64,000 nucleotides of DNA from Christensenellaceae bacterium (GTDB lineage Bacteria > Bacillota > Clostridia > Christensenellales > Borkfalkiaceae): assembly GCA_045653205.1 (NCBI GenBank), contig JAZOLT010000006.1:65943-129942 (forward strand). Reading direction: 5' to 3'. The position numbers and the translations under genes were made by a program. Position 1 is the first letter of the stretch; the number at the start of each line of letters is the position of its first letter. A model generated the notes under the pieces. That model did no database searches. It was not told the DNA's origin and saw only the letters and a program-made list of their open reading frames with translations. Shown here in pieces: positions 1-8,280 of this stretch.

Positions 1-932
1 TAAGTTGCGTCCGGCGAAACGTAAACGGGCATCTCAAACTTCTGTTCAAAATAGTGCTTAAGACCGTATACGTTTGAAGAATCTCCAGAAACGTATATTC
101 CCCCGTGTCTTATTTCAGCAGAAACTTCTGGGGGTAATTTTTTTAATACGGACATTGCAATTTCAGCTATTTTGTCATAGTATTGCTTTATTGGAGTTGC
201 TATATCTAGAGCTCTAAGCGATATCGACTTTGGAGCACCAGTAGAAGAATCTCTTCCATTTACTAATGTTGAAAGTGCATCTCCACTTTCTAAACTTGCA
301 ATTTCTTTTTTAATTTTTTCTGCCGTAAGCAAGCCTATTTGTAATCCATTTTTTTCTAAGATATGGTCAATTATATCAGCTGTTAACCTGTTCCCCCCAA
401 GGCTTACCGAAACGCCAGCAATAACACCGTCTAACGTGACTGCTGCAATGTTTGTTACCCCGCCCTCAATATCAATAATAAAATGAGGATTTGAATCGTT
501 TAATGGTATTCTTTGACCTAAAGCAGATAAAATTGGACTTTCTACGTAATAAAATTTACTAATTCCGCAATTCTTAGCAACTCTATATAACGAATCAAGC
601 ATATCCTGAGTAAAGCCACAGGGAACTGAAAACAACGCACTTGCACCAAACAATGATTTTTGAAAATCAATTTTTTTCAAAAAAGAATTTAAAACTACCG
701 TAGCAACTTTTTCGTTAACAACCTCGCCTTCAAATACAGGAAAAACTGTTTTTGTATTCTTAGAGGTTTTTCCCAATAATTTTTTTGCCTCTTCACCTAC
801 TGCTTTAACCTCAGAATTTTCGCTATCCGTTACAGCAGCAACAGTGGGCTCGCTTAAAACAAGTCCGTTCCCAACCTTATAAATATTTGTTAATGAACTA
901 CCAAAATCAATGGCAATCTTTTCTGTAGCCAT
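1..932 (-). CDS. MreB/Mbl-like actin-family protein (C-terminal end lies outside the window)
   Basis: Not in the ORF track because it runs off the edge. My translation of the minus strand from the ATG at 932 reads MATEKIAIDFGSSLTNIYKVGNGLVLSEPTVAAV...HFIIDIEGGVTNIAAV...GGIYVSGDSSNVYGLKHYFEQKFEMPVYVSPDA and is open to position 1. The layout matches MreB, but the phosphate motifs are divergent. Confidence 0.7.
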   Translation of the reverse strand, partial: MATEKIAIDFGSSLTNIYKVGNGLVLSEPTVAAVTDSENSEVKAVGEEAKKLLGKTSKNTKTVFPVFEGEVVNEKVATVVLNSFLKKIDFQKSLFGASALFSVPCGFTQDMLDSLYRVAKNCGISKFYYVESPILSALGQRIPLNDSNPHFIIDIEGGVTNIAAVTLDGVIAGVSVSLGGNRLTADIIDHILEKNGLQIGLLTAEKIKKEIASLESGDALSTLVNGRDSSTGAPKSISLRALDIATPIKQYYDKIAEIAMSVLKKLPPEVSAEIRHGGIYVSGDSSNVYGLKHYFEQKFEMPVYVSPDAT

Positions 933-987
933 AATAAACCTTCCTATTCTTGAAAAAACGCCGTGTAAAAGCACAGCGTTTTTCACG

Positions 988-2514
988 TTATAGTATTTCT
1001 AAATTTTTTCTAAATATCTTTCTAAAATCTTGCCCTATTTCCATTGCTGAATTAATTTCAAGAGTAGCATCACCCTCAACTTCAGTTTTCATTATAACTG
1101 AATCACCCAAGATGTCGCAATTTATACCCTTTACAACTGACGAAAGGCTTCTATCAAGACTATGCGCAATTCTAAGCATTACACCCATTTTTCTTACTGT
1201 GTCAACATCGTCTTCTCCAACAAGGTCACGATATTTTTGCCAATCAAACGGGTTAATATCTTCCATCTCAGTATTTCCAGCAACAAAGGATGCCAACACT
1301 AAATCTCTATGACTTAGACCATATATGTTTGCATTTAATATAAAATATGCGCTATGCTTTTCATAGTTGTAGTATCCAGCAGATTTACCAGAATCGTATA
1401 AATATGCTGCAACCTTTAAAATCTTTAGATATTGTCTAGGGAATTTGTGCAACACCCTCAACTGCTTAAACAATTGAACAGAGAGAGAAACAACTTGTTC
1501 AATGTGCTTTTTGTTACCGCCATTAAAATCTACAAGAGAATTTAGACTATAAGTAAGAACGTCAGAAATAGGCTTATCAACAGTAGTTGGCAAGGTGTAA
1601 TTAAACAACACACCTGTTCTTAAACCACTGCCACTTATTATAATGTTACCTAAATTCATATGCTTTTTGAAAGCCGAAACCAAAGCCATAGCACTAGGCA
1701 AAATATCAGCTCTACCACTTGACAATCCCTTTAACCTCTTCTTTCTATCAAGGTCTAAACCTTTTAGTAAATCGTAAACGTGCTTAAAATCATTATCGGT
1801 AACCACGTAATTGTGAATAGTCTTAAGTGGATATTTTTTCATAATCTTTGTAATTCTGCAAAGATTTCTAAAAGAACCACCCACACCTATAAGCTGAACC
1901 TCAGGGTCAACCTCGTTAAGCCACTCTATATTTTTTAATTGCTCTAAGAAAAATTCTTCCACTTTAGCCGCTTGTTGTTCAGGAGCGACCCCCTCCTCAG
2001 CAAACAATTCCGTAAGCGTTATCGCACCAAACGGTAAGGTAACGTAATTGAGCAAATTACGTCTATTATAATAAACTATCTTAGTAGAGCCACCACCGAT
2101 TTCAAGTATAAGTCCTTTGGGAATATCCATGGTATTTATTACGCCTCTATAAACGTATAAAGCTTCTTCTTCAGCACTTAAAACACGTAGTTTAATGCCA
2201 CAGGTTGCCGAAACTTCATCAAGAAAACTACGTTGGTTTTTGGCACGACGAACAGCAGCTGTCGCAACAGCAATAATACGCTCTATACCATTAACATCGC
2301 ATAGCTTTCTAAACATTTTTAGAGTTCTAATAGTTTCTTGTATTCTGTCGGGCTTTAAAAACCCGTCCCTATCCATTCCCTCACCGAGTCTAGAAGATTC
2401 CTTTAATTGGTCGACAATCTGAAAATGTCCGTCCTCAGTAACATCTACTAGTAATAGTCTTGCCGTGTTTGAGCCTAAATCAATAATTGCAATTCTTTCC
2501 AATCTAATCACCAT
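988..2514 (-). CDS. Ppx/GppA-family phosphatase (exopolyphosphatase / pppGpp phosphohydrolase type)
   Basis: 508 aa. Has N-terminal IAIIDLGSNTARLLLV and ILEIGGGSTK actin-fold motifs typical of Ppx/GppA, plus a C-terminal helical HD-like half. Confidence 0.85.
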   Translation of the reverse strand: MVIRLERIAIIDLGSNTARLLLVDVTEDGHFQIVDQLKESSRLGEGMDRDGFLKPDRIQETIRTLKMFRKLCDVNGIERIIAVATAAVRRAKNQRSFLDEVSATCGIKLRVLSAEEEALYVYRGVINTMDIPKGLILEIGGGSTKIVYYNRRNLLNYVTLPFGAITLTELFAEEGVAPEQQAAKVEEFFLEQLKNIEWLNEVDPEVQLIGVGGSFRNLCRITKIMKKYPLKTIHNYVVTDNDFKHVYDLLKGLDLDRKKRLKGLSSGRADILPSAMALVSAFKKHMNLGNIIISGSGLRTGVLFNYTLPTTVDKPISDVLTYSLNSLVDFNGGNKKHIEQVVSLSVQLFKQLRVLHKFPRQYLKILKVAAYLYDSGKSAGYYNYEKHSAYFILNANIYGLSHRDLVLASFVAGNTEMEDINPFDWQKYRDLVGEDDVDTVRKMGVMLRIAHSLDRSLSSVVKGINCDILGDSVIMKTEVEGDATLEINSAMEIGQDFRKIFRKNLEIL

Positions 2515-2698
2515 CTCAGTTTTTTTCTTATTATAACACGCATTTTTCAGTTTGTATAGATGTTTTTTGATTTTTTTTCAATATTTTTTATAAAAAAAAG
2601 TTTTTCGACTTTGTTAGTATATTAAGTAAAGAATAATACAGTTTTTGTTTTGTTTTTAGATAAAACATCTGGTTTTATCTTCTTTTTTTTGAAACACA

Positions 2699-3070
2699 TT
2701 AGTCTTCTTTCTTTTTTATTTGTGTAATAAATTGATATATTGATAAAACAATTAAAAAACCACCAAAACACCTTTTTAACAAGTCACCTGTTATTAATCG
2801 TGAAATATAACAACCTATAATACAAGTCGCTATCCCCGGCAAAATTATTAGCAAAGTTTTTTCAAACCTTACAAGCTTGTTTTTAAAATGTATTACTAAT
2901 GCAACTATTGACATAGGAATAAAGGCAATTAAATTTACTGCTTGAGCTGTATGTTGCCCAACAGTAAAAAATAAGCTAAGTAATGGAATTAATATCGTTC
3001 CACCACCCATTCCCATACCACCTAAAATTCCTCCTAAAATACCTGCTATTCCATACCACGCGATTTCCAT
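2699..3070 (-). CDS. Half-size (about 4 TM) TauE/SafE (TSUP) family membrane protein, second of a pair
   Basis: 123 aa and hydrophobic, with GGMGMGGGTILIPLL, a TSUP-type Gly-rich motif. It has its own strong SD (AGGAGG, 8 nt upstream of the ATG at 3070). Confidence 0.7.
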   Translation of the reverse strand: MEIAWYGIAGILGGILGGMGMGGGTILIPLLSLFFTVGQHTAQAVNLIAFIPMSIVALVIHFKNKLVRFEKTLLIILPGIATCIIGCYISRLITGDLLKRCFGGFLIVLSIYQFITQIKKKED

Positions 3071-3085
3071 AAACTTATCCTCCTT

Positions 3086-3487
3086 TTAAATAAAAAAAAG
3101 CATTTTTGCGCCTGCGAACATCATAACAAGTGAAAAGATTACAACAAGCCATTTTGAAGATATTTTTTTTAGTAGTATTGCACCAACAATTCCACCTATC
3201 GTTACCCCTAATAAAACGGGAATGCCTACGTTCAAATTAAACGCTCCAAACACGGCGTAAAATAGCCCACTCACTATTGATAATGGCAAAATAATAAGAA
3301 GTGCCGTTGCGTGAGCGTTTTGTTCTGGCATGGATAAAACGTGTATTAACAAGGGCACTACAATCATTCCTCCCCCGCCACCAAACACTCCATTTACTAG
3401 TCCTGCAACAATACCCATAATTATAGCACCCGCATTCTTGTTGCTTTTGTTTCTCGATTTGTATTTTTGATGTTTAATTTTGTTCAT
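3086..3487 (-). CDS. Half-size (about 4 TM) TauE/SafE (TSUP) family membrane protein, first of a pair
   Basis: 133 aa with VFGGGGGMIVVPLL, a TSUP-type motif, and a basic N-terminal tail. The stop lies 15 nt before the next half-gene. Confidence 0.7.
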   Translation of the reverse strand: MNKIKHQKYKSRNKSNKNAGAIIMGIVAGLVNGVFGGGGGMIVVPLLIHVLSMPEQNAHATALLIILPLSIVSGLFYAVFGAFNLNVGIPVLLGVTIGGIVGAILLKKISSKWLVVIFSLVMMFAGAKMLFFI

Positions 3488-3562
3488 ACTTTTAATATGT
3501 GTTATAAGATTTTTTTTAGGTAATTTTCTTGAAAAATATGGGTAAAAATGTGTATATAAGTC

Positions 3563-3591
3563 TTGATTTTTATTTAAAAATAATATATAAT
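3563..3591 (+). promoter_or_regulatory. Sigma-A type promoter for the large surface protein gene
   Basis: TTGATT (3563-3568), 17-nt spacer, TATAAT (3586-3591). Confidence 0.5.
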
Positions 3592-3664
3592 AGATTTATC
3601 TGTGTAAATAGGCTCTATGCCTAAAAACAAAAATGCAAAAATCAAAATACTTAAAGGTGAATTT

Positions 3665-6600
3665 ATGGCAAAAAAAGGATTTTTCAAAACACTAAAAAAT
3701 AAACTTGTATTAGTTCTAATGCTCGTTTGTGTTTTTAGTTTTTCTATGTTTGGTTTCGTAGCCTGTGGTGATGATGATTCTTCATCGTCAAATGACCCAA
3801 GCTATACCTACAACCAAACTGACGATGGAACGATTAAAAACGCTAACTTTGATTATGGAACTGTTGGAACTTTAACTACAGGTTATCCAAAAACCTCTAC
3901 TACTGGTTGGACAAGGTCTACTCATCTTTCAGCACCCTCGTCACTTGTAAACTCTGGTGTAATTAAAACCACCGACACTGCTTGGGCTGATTTAATGACA
4001 ACCTTGAGCAAAGACGGTGATTTTAAGGCATATCTTGAAAGTAAAGGCTTAGATTTAGAAGCTGTTTCTGATGCTATTAAGGCTGAAAAGGAAAACGATA
4101 ATTACAGCCCTACCGAAGCTGACATTGCTGAATATATTTCTAAGAATGAAATTAGCAAATACTTTACAAACCCCGGTAAGTCTCCTAATTCAGAAGATAA
4201 CAACGTATATATGCTTAACAACTACGTTGAAAAAGATTTACTTGGTTCAGGCACAGCACAAAGACTTACCTCTTCTTCAACCATTGCACTAGAAAAAGAT
4301 TCTTACGCAAAAATTAGCGTTTGGGTTAAAACTCAAAATATCACTAGTCAAAACGCAAAGGGTGACTACGGCGCAAACATCGTTATAACCTCTAAATTCA
4401 ATTCAACCTCTCAAGCAGAATATAGAATTAGCAATATTATTGCAGAAGATTGGACTGAATACGTTTTATACGTTAAGGCTGATAAAAATTACGACTGTGA
4501 AATAATCTTAAACCTTGGTTTAGGCTATGGTAGAGGCTATACAAACAACGTTCTTAACTTTACTGAAGGCACAGCTTATTTTGACAATATCACATACGAA
4601 GTTGTAGATAACCTTGATGGCGTTACGCTTGACGGAACTAAGACTATGGTTTTCGGTTCTGAGAAAGAACTTGAATTAAAGAGTGGCAACACATTCCTTT
4701 ATAATATGGAATTTGATGTTCCTGCTTCATATTTTACTGAGCTTAATTTTTCTAATGATAGTAGCTACTATGCTTTAACAAAGTCTAACGTTAACAGTGG
4801 CTCATACACAAGCGAAACCGTTGTTAGCGAAGCAAATGCAAAAAATCCTCAAAATACTTTATCCACAAACGCACAATACAGCGTTGACGGAAATAAAATC
4901 ACTTTAAGCCTTGAAAATTCTAGTTACACCTTTAAAATAGATAACAATGGAGCTAACTTTAAAGTTAAAGCCGGCAATTACAGCTATTTAACCTTTGATA
5001 TAACAAACCAATTAAGCGTATATGGCTCAACTGCAATTTCAGTTGACGTGTTCGAGGTTTATAACGGAAAGGATATTAAACGCCCTGCCGTTACAACATT
5101 TAGCACTGCTGATGACGAAGCTGTTAAAGCAGGTATTCTATTTAAGAATAATTTTGATGAAGGTGAAAAAGAGTTTTTTATAAACGTAGTTGTTGGACCT
5201 GCTTCTTTAACTAGCGTAACAAACATTAAGCAAGACCTTGCAACAGGAACAGTTATCATTGATAATTTACAATTAAAAGATAACGTAGCAGTTCCTGAAG
5301 AAAAAGATGATGCTTATACCTTATATGAATTCTATACAACCCAAGCTAATACTGAGGTAGCTTTATACGCAGGATTTGACCAAGACTTTACCGAAGAAGA
5401 AGAAAGTGCTTCTGCTTATTCATTCACCACAGCTCCTGGCAACGTTGGTAGTGTATATTTCCACCCTGTTGACGTTAAGGGATACTTTGGTGTAACCCCC
5501 GAACACACATATATGAACAGTGGTTTAGGAAATGATAAATTAAACACCAGAAGCTCGCTAGAGGGTGAAAACGGAAGCTATGCAGGTATCATAAATTCAA
5601 AATATGCAAAAATTAATTCTAATTATCCGCTAAGAGACCAAATCATCTCTGCAACCGATAACGATGAAGACAAAGACGTTCAGGCATTGATGATTTATAA
5701 TGCACAAGCAGAAAGCTATGGATATATTGGCGAAACCGTTAGCGTTTTACAATCATCATTAGCAAATGTTTCTGCTAAAATTAAAGTTGTTGGCGATAAT
5801 ACTTTTGCATATATTTACTTGGTAGATACAGTTCAAAATGAAAAGAACGTATTAACGTTTGAAGATTTCACCGTTAACAATAACCTAGTAAGTGCATCTC
5901 CTAACGGAACGCAAATTGACGGCAACTCATTAAAATTTGCAATCAAGGTTACTAAGGATATGTGCAATGAAGATGGTTGGGCTACAGTTAACTTCTATAT
6001 CGCTGCAGGAAAGGAAAGCAAAGATTTTAGAGTAGAAATTTGGAATGGAACAAGAGATGGTAGCACAAATTCTGAGGGCATGGTGTTAGTTGAAGAGCTT
6101 TCAGTTACAACTGCAACAGCTTTCTACGAACCCGAAAGATATGAAGACGCATTCAGTTTAACCGGCAATCCCCTATTTGATGCATATAACAAATCAGCTG
6201 ATTGCTTTACGACTGGTAATGGTAAACTCATCTCATACACACAAGAGTTAAATACTACTGAAAAGGACTTCAATCAAGAATATCCCGACCAAAAAGTAAC
6301 CTACGCTCCTAAATATGTTTGGGCTCAAACAGACTATATGGTTTATGCAATATTCAATAGTATTGACCCTGTTCCTGTTGACCCCTACTCAAATATTACT
6401 GAAGAAGAGGAAACTGGTAGCGGTTGCACAACAACTATTTCTGATGACCCATCAGCATTCTGGCTTGGTTTCTCGTCAATCGCACTCGGTGTTGTATTAG
6501 TTCTTGCAATCATTGCCCTATTTATTAAAAACTACAGAGTAAGACATTCTTACGATAATAAAGATGCAAAATCTCATTACACAGTTAAGACAAGAACTTC

Positions 6601-6802
6601 TTATAAGAAAGTTGAAGATAAGGCAAAAGACGAAGTTAAAGAAGACGAGTTGATTGAGCCTGAGCTAGAACAACCAGAAGAAAACGAAAGCTCTGAAGAA
6701 CAAACCTTAGATGAATACGTTTATGGTGATGTTGAAGATTTCGGTCAAACTGAAGAAAATTCTGAAAAGTCAGAAAATAATGACTCTAGCGAGAAAGAAT
6801 AA
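3665..6802 (+). CDS. Large secreted/surface protein: lipoprotein signal peptide, two CBM-like beta-sandwich regions, C-terminal TM anchor and acidic tail; function unknown
   Basis: I prefer the ATG at 3665 (SD AAGGTGA just upstream) over 3617. The N-terminus MAKKGFFKTLKNKLVLVLMLVCVFSFSMFGFVAC|GDDD has a lipobox-like FVAC. Patterns such as IKNANFDYG..TTGW and GTAYFDNITYEVV resemble carbohydrate-binding-module folds. The C-terminus FWLGFSSIALGVVLVLAIIALFIKNYR is followed by a K/E/D-rich tail. Confidence 0.75.
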   Translation: MAKKGFFKTLKNKLVLVLMLVCVFSFSMFGFVACGDDDSSSSNDPSYTYNQTDDGTIKNANFDYGTVGTLTTGYPKTSTTGWTRSTHLSAPSSLVNSGVIKTTDTAWADLMTTLSKDGDFKAYLESKGLDLEAVSDAIKAEKENDNYSPTEADIAEYISKNEISKYFTNPGKSPNSEDNNVYMLNNYVEKDLLGSGTAQRLTSSSTIALEKDSYAKISVWVKTQNITSQNAKGDYGANIVITSKFNSTSQAEYRISNIIAEDWTEYVLYVKADKNYDCEIILNLGLGYGRGYTNNVLNFTEGTAYFDNITYEVVDNLDGVTLDGTKTMVFGSEKELELKSGNTFLYNMEFDVPASYFTELNFSNDSSYYALTKSNVNSGSYTSETVVSEANAKNPQNTLSTNAQYSVDGNKITLSLENSSYTFKIDNNGANFKVKAGNYSYLTFDITNQLSVYGSTAISVDVFEVYNGKDIKRPAVTTFSTADDEAVKAGILFKNNFDEGEKEFFINVVVGPASLTSVTNIKQDLATGTVIIDNLQLKDNVAVPEEKDDAYTLYEFYTTQANTEVALYAGFDQDFTEEEESASAYSFTTAPGNVGSVYFHPVDVKGYFGVTPEHTYMNSGLGNDKLNTRSSLEGENGSYAGIINSKYAKINSNYPLRDQIISATDNDEDKDVQALMIYNAQAESYGYIGETVSVLQSSLANVSAKIKVVGDNTFAYIYLVDTVQNEKNVLTFEDFTVNNNLVSASPNGTQIDGNSLKFAIKVTKDMCNEDGWATVNFYIAAGKESKDFRVEIWNGTRDGSTNSEGMVLVEELSVTTATAFYEPERYEDAFSLTGNPLFDAYNKSADCFTTGNGKLISYTQELNTTEKDFNQEYPDQKVTYAPKYVWAQTDYMVYAIFNSIDPVPVDPYSNITEEEETGSGCTTTISDDPSAFWLGFSSIALGVVLVLAIIALFIKNYRVRHSYDNKDAKSHYTVKTRTSYKKVEDKAKDEVKEDELIEPELEQPEENESSEEQTLDEYVYGDVEDFGQTEENSEKSENNDSSEKE

Positions 6803-6814
6803 TATTTAATATCT

Positions 6815-6847
6815 AAAAAGACCTTAAGATGACTTAAGGTCTTTTTT
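6815..6847 (+). terminator. Rho-independent terminator after the surface protein gene
   Basis: GACCTTAAG-atga-CTTAAGGTC stem followed by TTTTTT. Confidence 0.8.
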
Positions 6848-6884
6848 GTATATCAATTTTAATTTTTACGCATATATATATTGT

Positions 6885-7964
6885 ATGTCAACAATTATAT
6901 TAACTGGTGGTGGAACTGCAGGTCATTGCACACCAAACCTTGCTTTAATTCCCTTTTTAAAGAATGCATTTGATAACATTTACTATGTGGGAAGCCACAA
7001 TGGAATCGAAAAGGATATTTGTAATAAAGAAGGAATAGCCTATTACGGAATTGATTGTGCTAAGTTAAAACGTAAAATAACCTTAGATAATCTTAAAATT
7101 CCATTTAAGGTCATTCGTGGAATAAAACAATGCGACAACCTAATCGCAAACCTTAAGCCGGACGTTGTTTTTTCTAAAGGTGGCTACGTTTCCATTCCTT
7201 TAGTCTTGTCTGCACACAAAAATAATGTGCCTATACTTTCTCACGAAAGCGATATTACAATAGGTTTGGCAAATAAAATTTGTTCTAAATATTGCACAAA
7301 AGTTTTCACATCCTTTTCTGATACTGCTAAGAAATTAAAAAATGGCGAACACGTCGGTTCGCCATTAAGAAGCTCTATATTTTTAAAAACAGATAAAAAC
7401 AAAACGCTAAACGAATTTAATTTTAACAATAACCTACCGATATTGCTTGTTCTTGGAGGTAGTCAAGGTTCAAGCGTGATAAATCAAACCTTAAGAAATG
7501 GATTAAACGAACTATTAAAAGATTTTCAAATACTGCACATTGTTGGCAAAGGAAATATCGATACTTCGATAAATATTAGAGGATATACTCAAATTGAATA
7601 TCTAGACCATATTGAAAAGGCATTCAATATATGTGACGTGTGCATATCACGTGCAGGCTCGAATTCTGCATTTGAACTTTTAGCAAAGAAAATCCCTACA
7701 CTTCTAATTCCTCTACCAAAGGGTTTATCTCGTGGTGACCAAGTGCTAAATGCTGAATTTTTTTTAAAAAAAGGAATGGTTTTTGTTCTACAACAAGAAA
7801 ATTTAACCGTTGCTTCGTTAATCACATCTATTAAATCAACTTATAATTCAAAAGATACCCTAGTAGAAAATATTAACGCTAACTCCATAAAAGATGCTAG
7901 CAGAACAATTGCTCTAGAGCTAAACTCATATGCAACTAAAAATAATTCCTCTCTAAACAGTTAA
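6885..7964 (+). CDS. murG: Undecaprenyldiphospho-muramoylpentapeptide beta-N-acetylglucosaminyltransferase
   Basis: MSTIILTGGGTAGHCTPNLALIP and LVLGGSQGS are MurG motifs. The track start at 6846 is a TTG inside the upstream terminator, so I use the ATG at 6885. Confidence 0.85.
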   Translation: MSTIILTGGGTAGHCTPNLALIPFLKNAFDNIYYVGSHNGIEKDICNKEGIAYYGIDCAKLKRKITLDNLKIPFKVIRGIKQCDNLIANLKPDVVFSKGGYVSIPLVLSAHKNNVPILSHESDITIGLANKICSKYCTKVFTSFSDTAKKLKNGEHVGSPLRSSIFLKTDKNKTLNEFNFNNNLPILLVLGGSQGSSVINQTLRNGLNELLKDFQILHIVGKGNIDTSINIRGYTQIEYLDHIEKAFNICDVCISRAGSNSAFELLAKKIPTLLIPLPKGLSRGDQVLNAEFFLKKGMVFVLQQENLTVASLITSIKSTYNSKDTLVENINANSIKDASRTIALELNSYATKNNSSLNS

Positions 7965-8145
7965 GTCCTTTATTATTTATAAAATAAGAGGTTAAACAGG
8001 TTTCTACACTTTTTTGAGCGTATCTTTTTCGCCTGTCTTCTTCTTTACAAGTTAAATTTTCATAATAACATTCATTCGTGCAACGCATTAAAGTTATGCA
8101 CGATTTTTTTTCACTAAAAAAAGTTTTTAATATTTGGCTTATCAT
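7936..8145 (-). CDS. Small hypothetical protein (69 aa, 5 Cys), divergent from the WYL regulator
   Basis: A strong SD (TAGGAGGATAAAAT) precedes the ATG at 8145, and a perfect TATAAT -10 sits on the minus strand at 8170-8175. I recognise no family. The 3' end overlaps the murG 3' end by 29 nt. Confidence 0.45.
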   Translation of the reverse strand: MISQILKTFFSEKKSCITLMRCTNECYYENLTCKEEDRRKRYAQKSVETCLTSYFINNKGLNCLERNYF

Positions 8146-8227
8146 ATTTTATCCTCCTACTCTAGTCACATTATAGACATATTCTTTGCCATATGCTTGT
8201 CATATTTAAGCAAGTTCTAATAATTAC

Positions 8228-8256
8228 TTGACAAAGTTAAATAACTACTTTAAAAT
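8228..8256 (+). promoter_or_regulatory. Sigma-A type promoter for the WYL regulator gene
   Basis: TTGACA (8228-8233), 17-nt spacer, TAAAAT (8251-8256). The SD AAGGAG at 8266-8271 precedes the ATG at 8281. Confidence 0.55.
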
Positions 8257-8280
8257 ATGATTATAAGGAGATAAATAATC

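Noticed and set aside
950-1312. 120-aa plus-strand ORF from the track, together with similar ORFs at 2195-2422, 4071-4292, 5059-5259, 7241-7429, 7589-7825, 8391-8690 and 8889-9155.
   Set aside because: All lie antisense or out of frame inside long ORFs with strong family motifs. They have low-complexity Ser/Leu/Phe-rich translations typical of shadow frames in AT-rich DNA and no RBS.
2659-2690. Plus-oriented hairpin AGATAAAAC-atctg-GTTTTATCT followed by a T-run, in a region where both neighbouring genes are on the minus strand (possible orphan terminator or tiny sRNA).
   Set aside because: The stem is almost entirely A-U (2 G-C pairs) and the surrounding region is generally T/A-run rich. Promoter-like hexamers upstream (TTGATT-16-TATAAA at 2568-2595) are expected by chance at this base composition.
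2699-3487. Reading the two TSUP halves as a frameshifted pseudogene.
   Set aside because: Each half has a proper start and stop, and the second has a strong AGGAGG RBS in the 15-nt gap. This cannot be fully excluded without comparison to relatives.
6846-6884. N-terminal extensions offered by the ORF track (murG 6846; priA 54407; SDR 60409; fusion gene 32578; surface protein 3617; CBM9-like 62746).
   Set aside because: The extensions start at TTG/GTG or at an ATG located inside predicted terminators, promoters or SD sequences. Internal ATGs align with family N-termini and have better RBS context. Start calls remain predictions.
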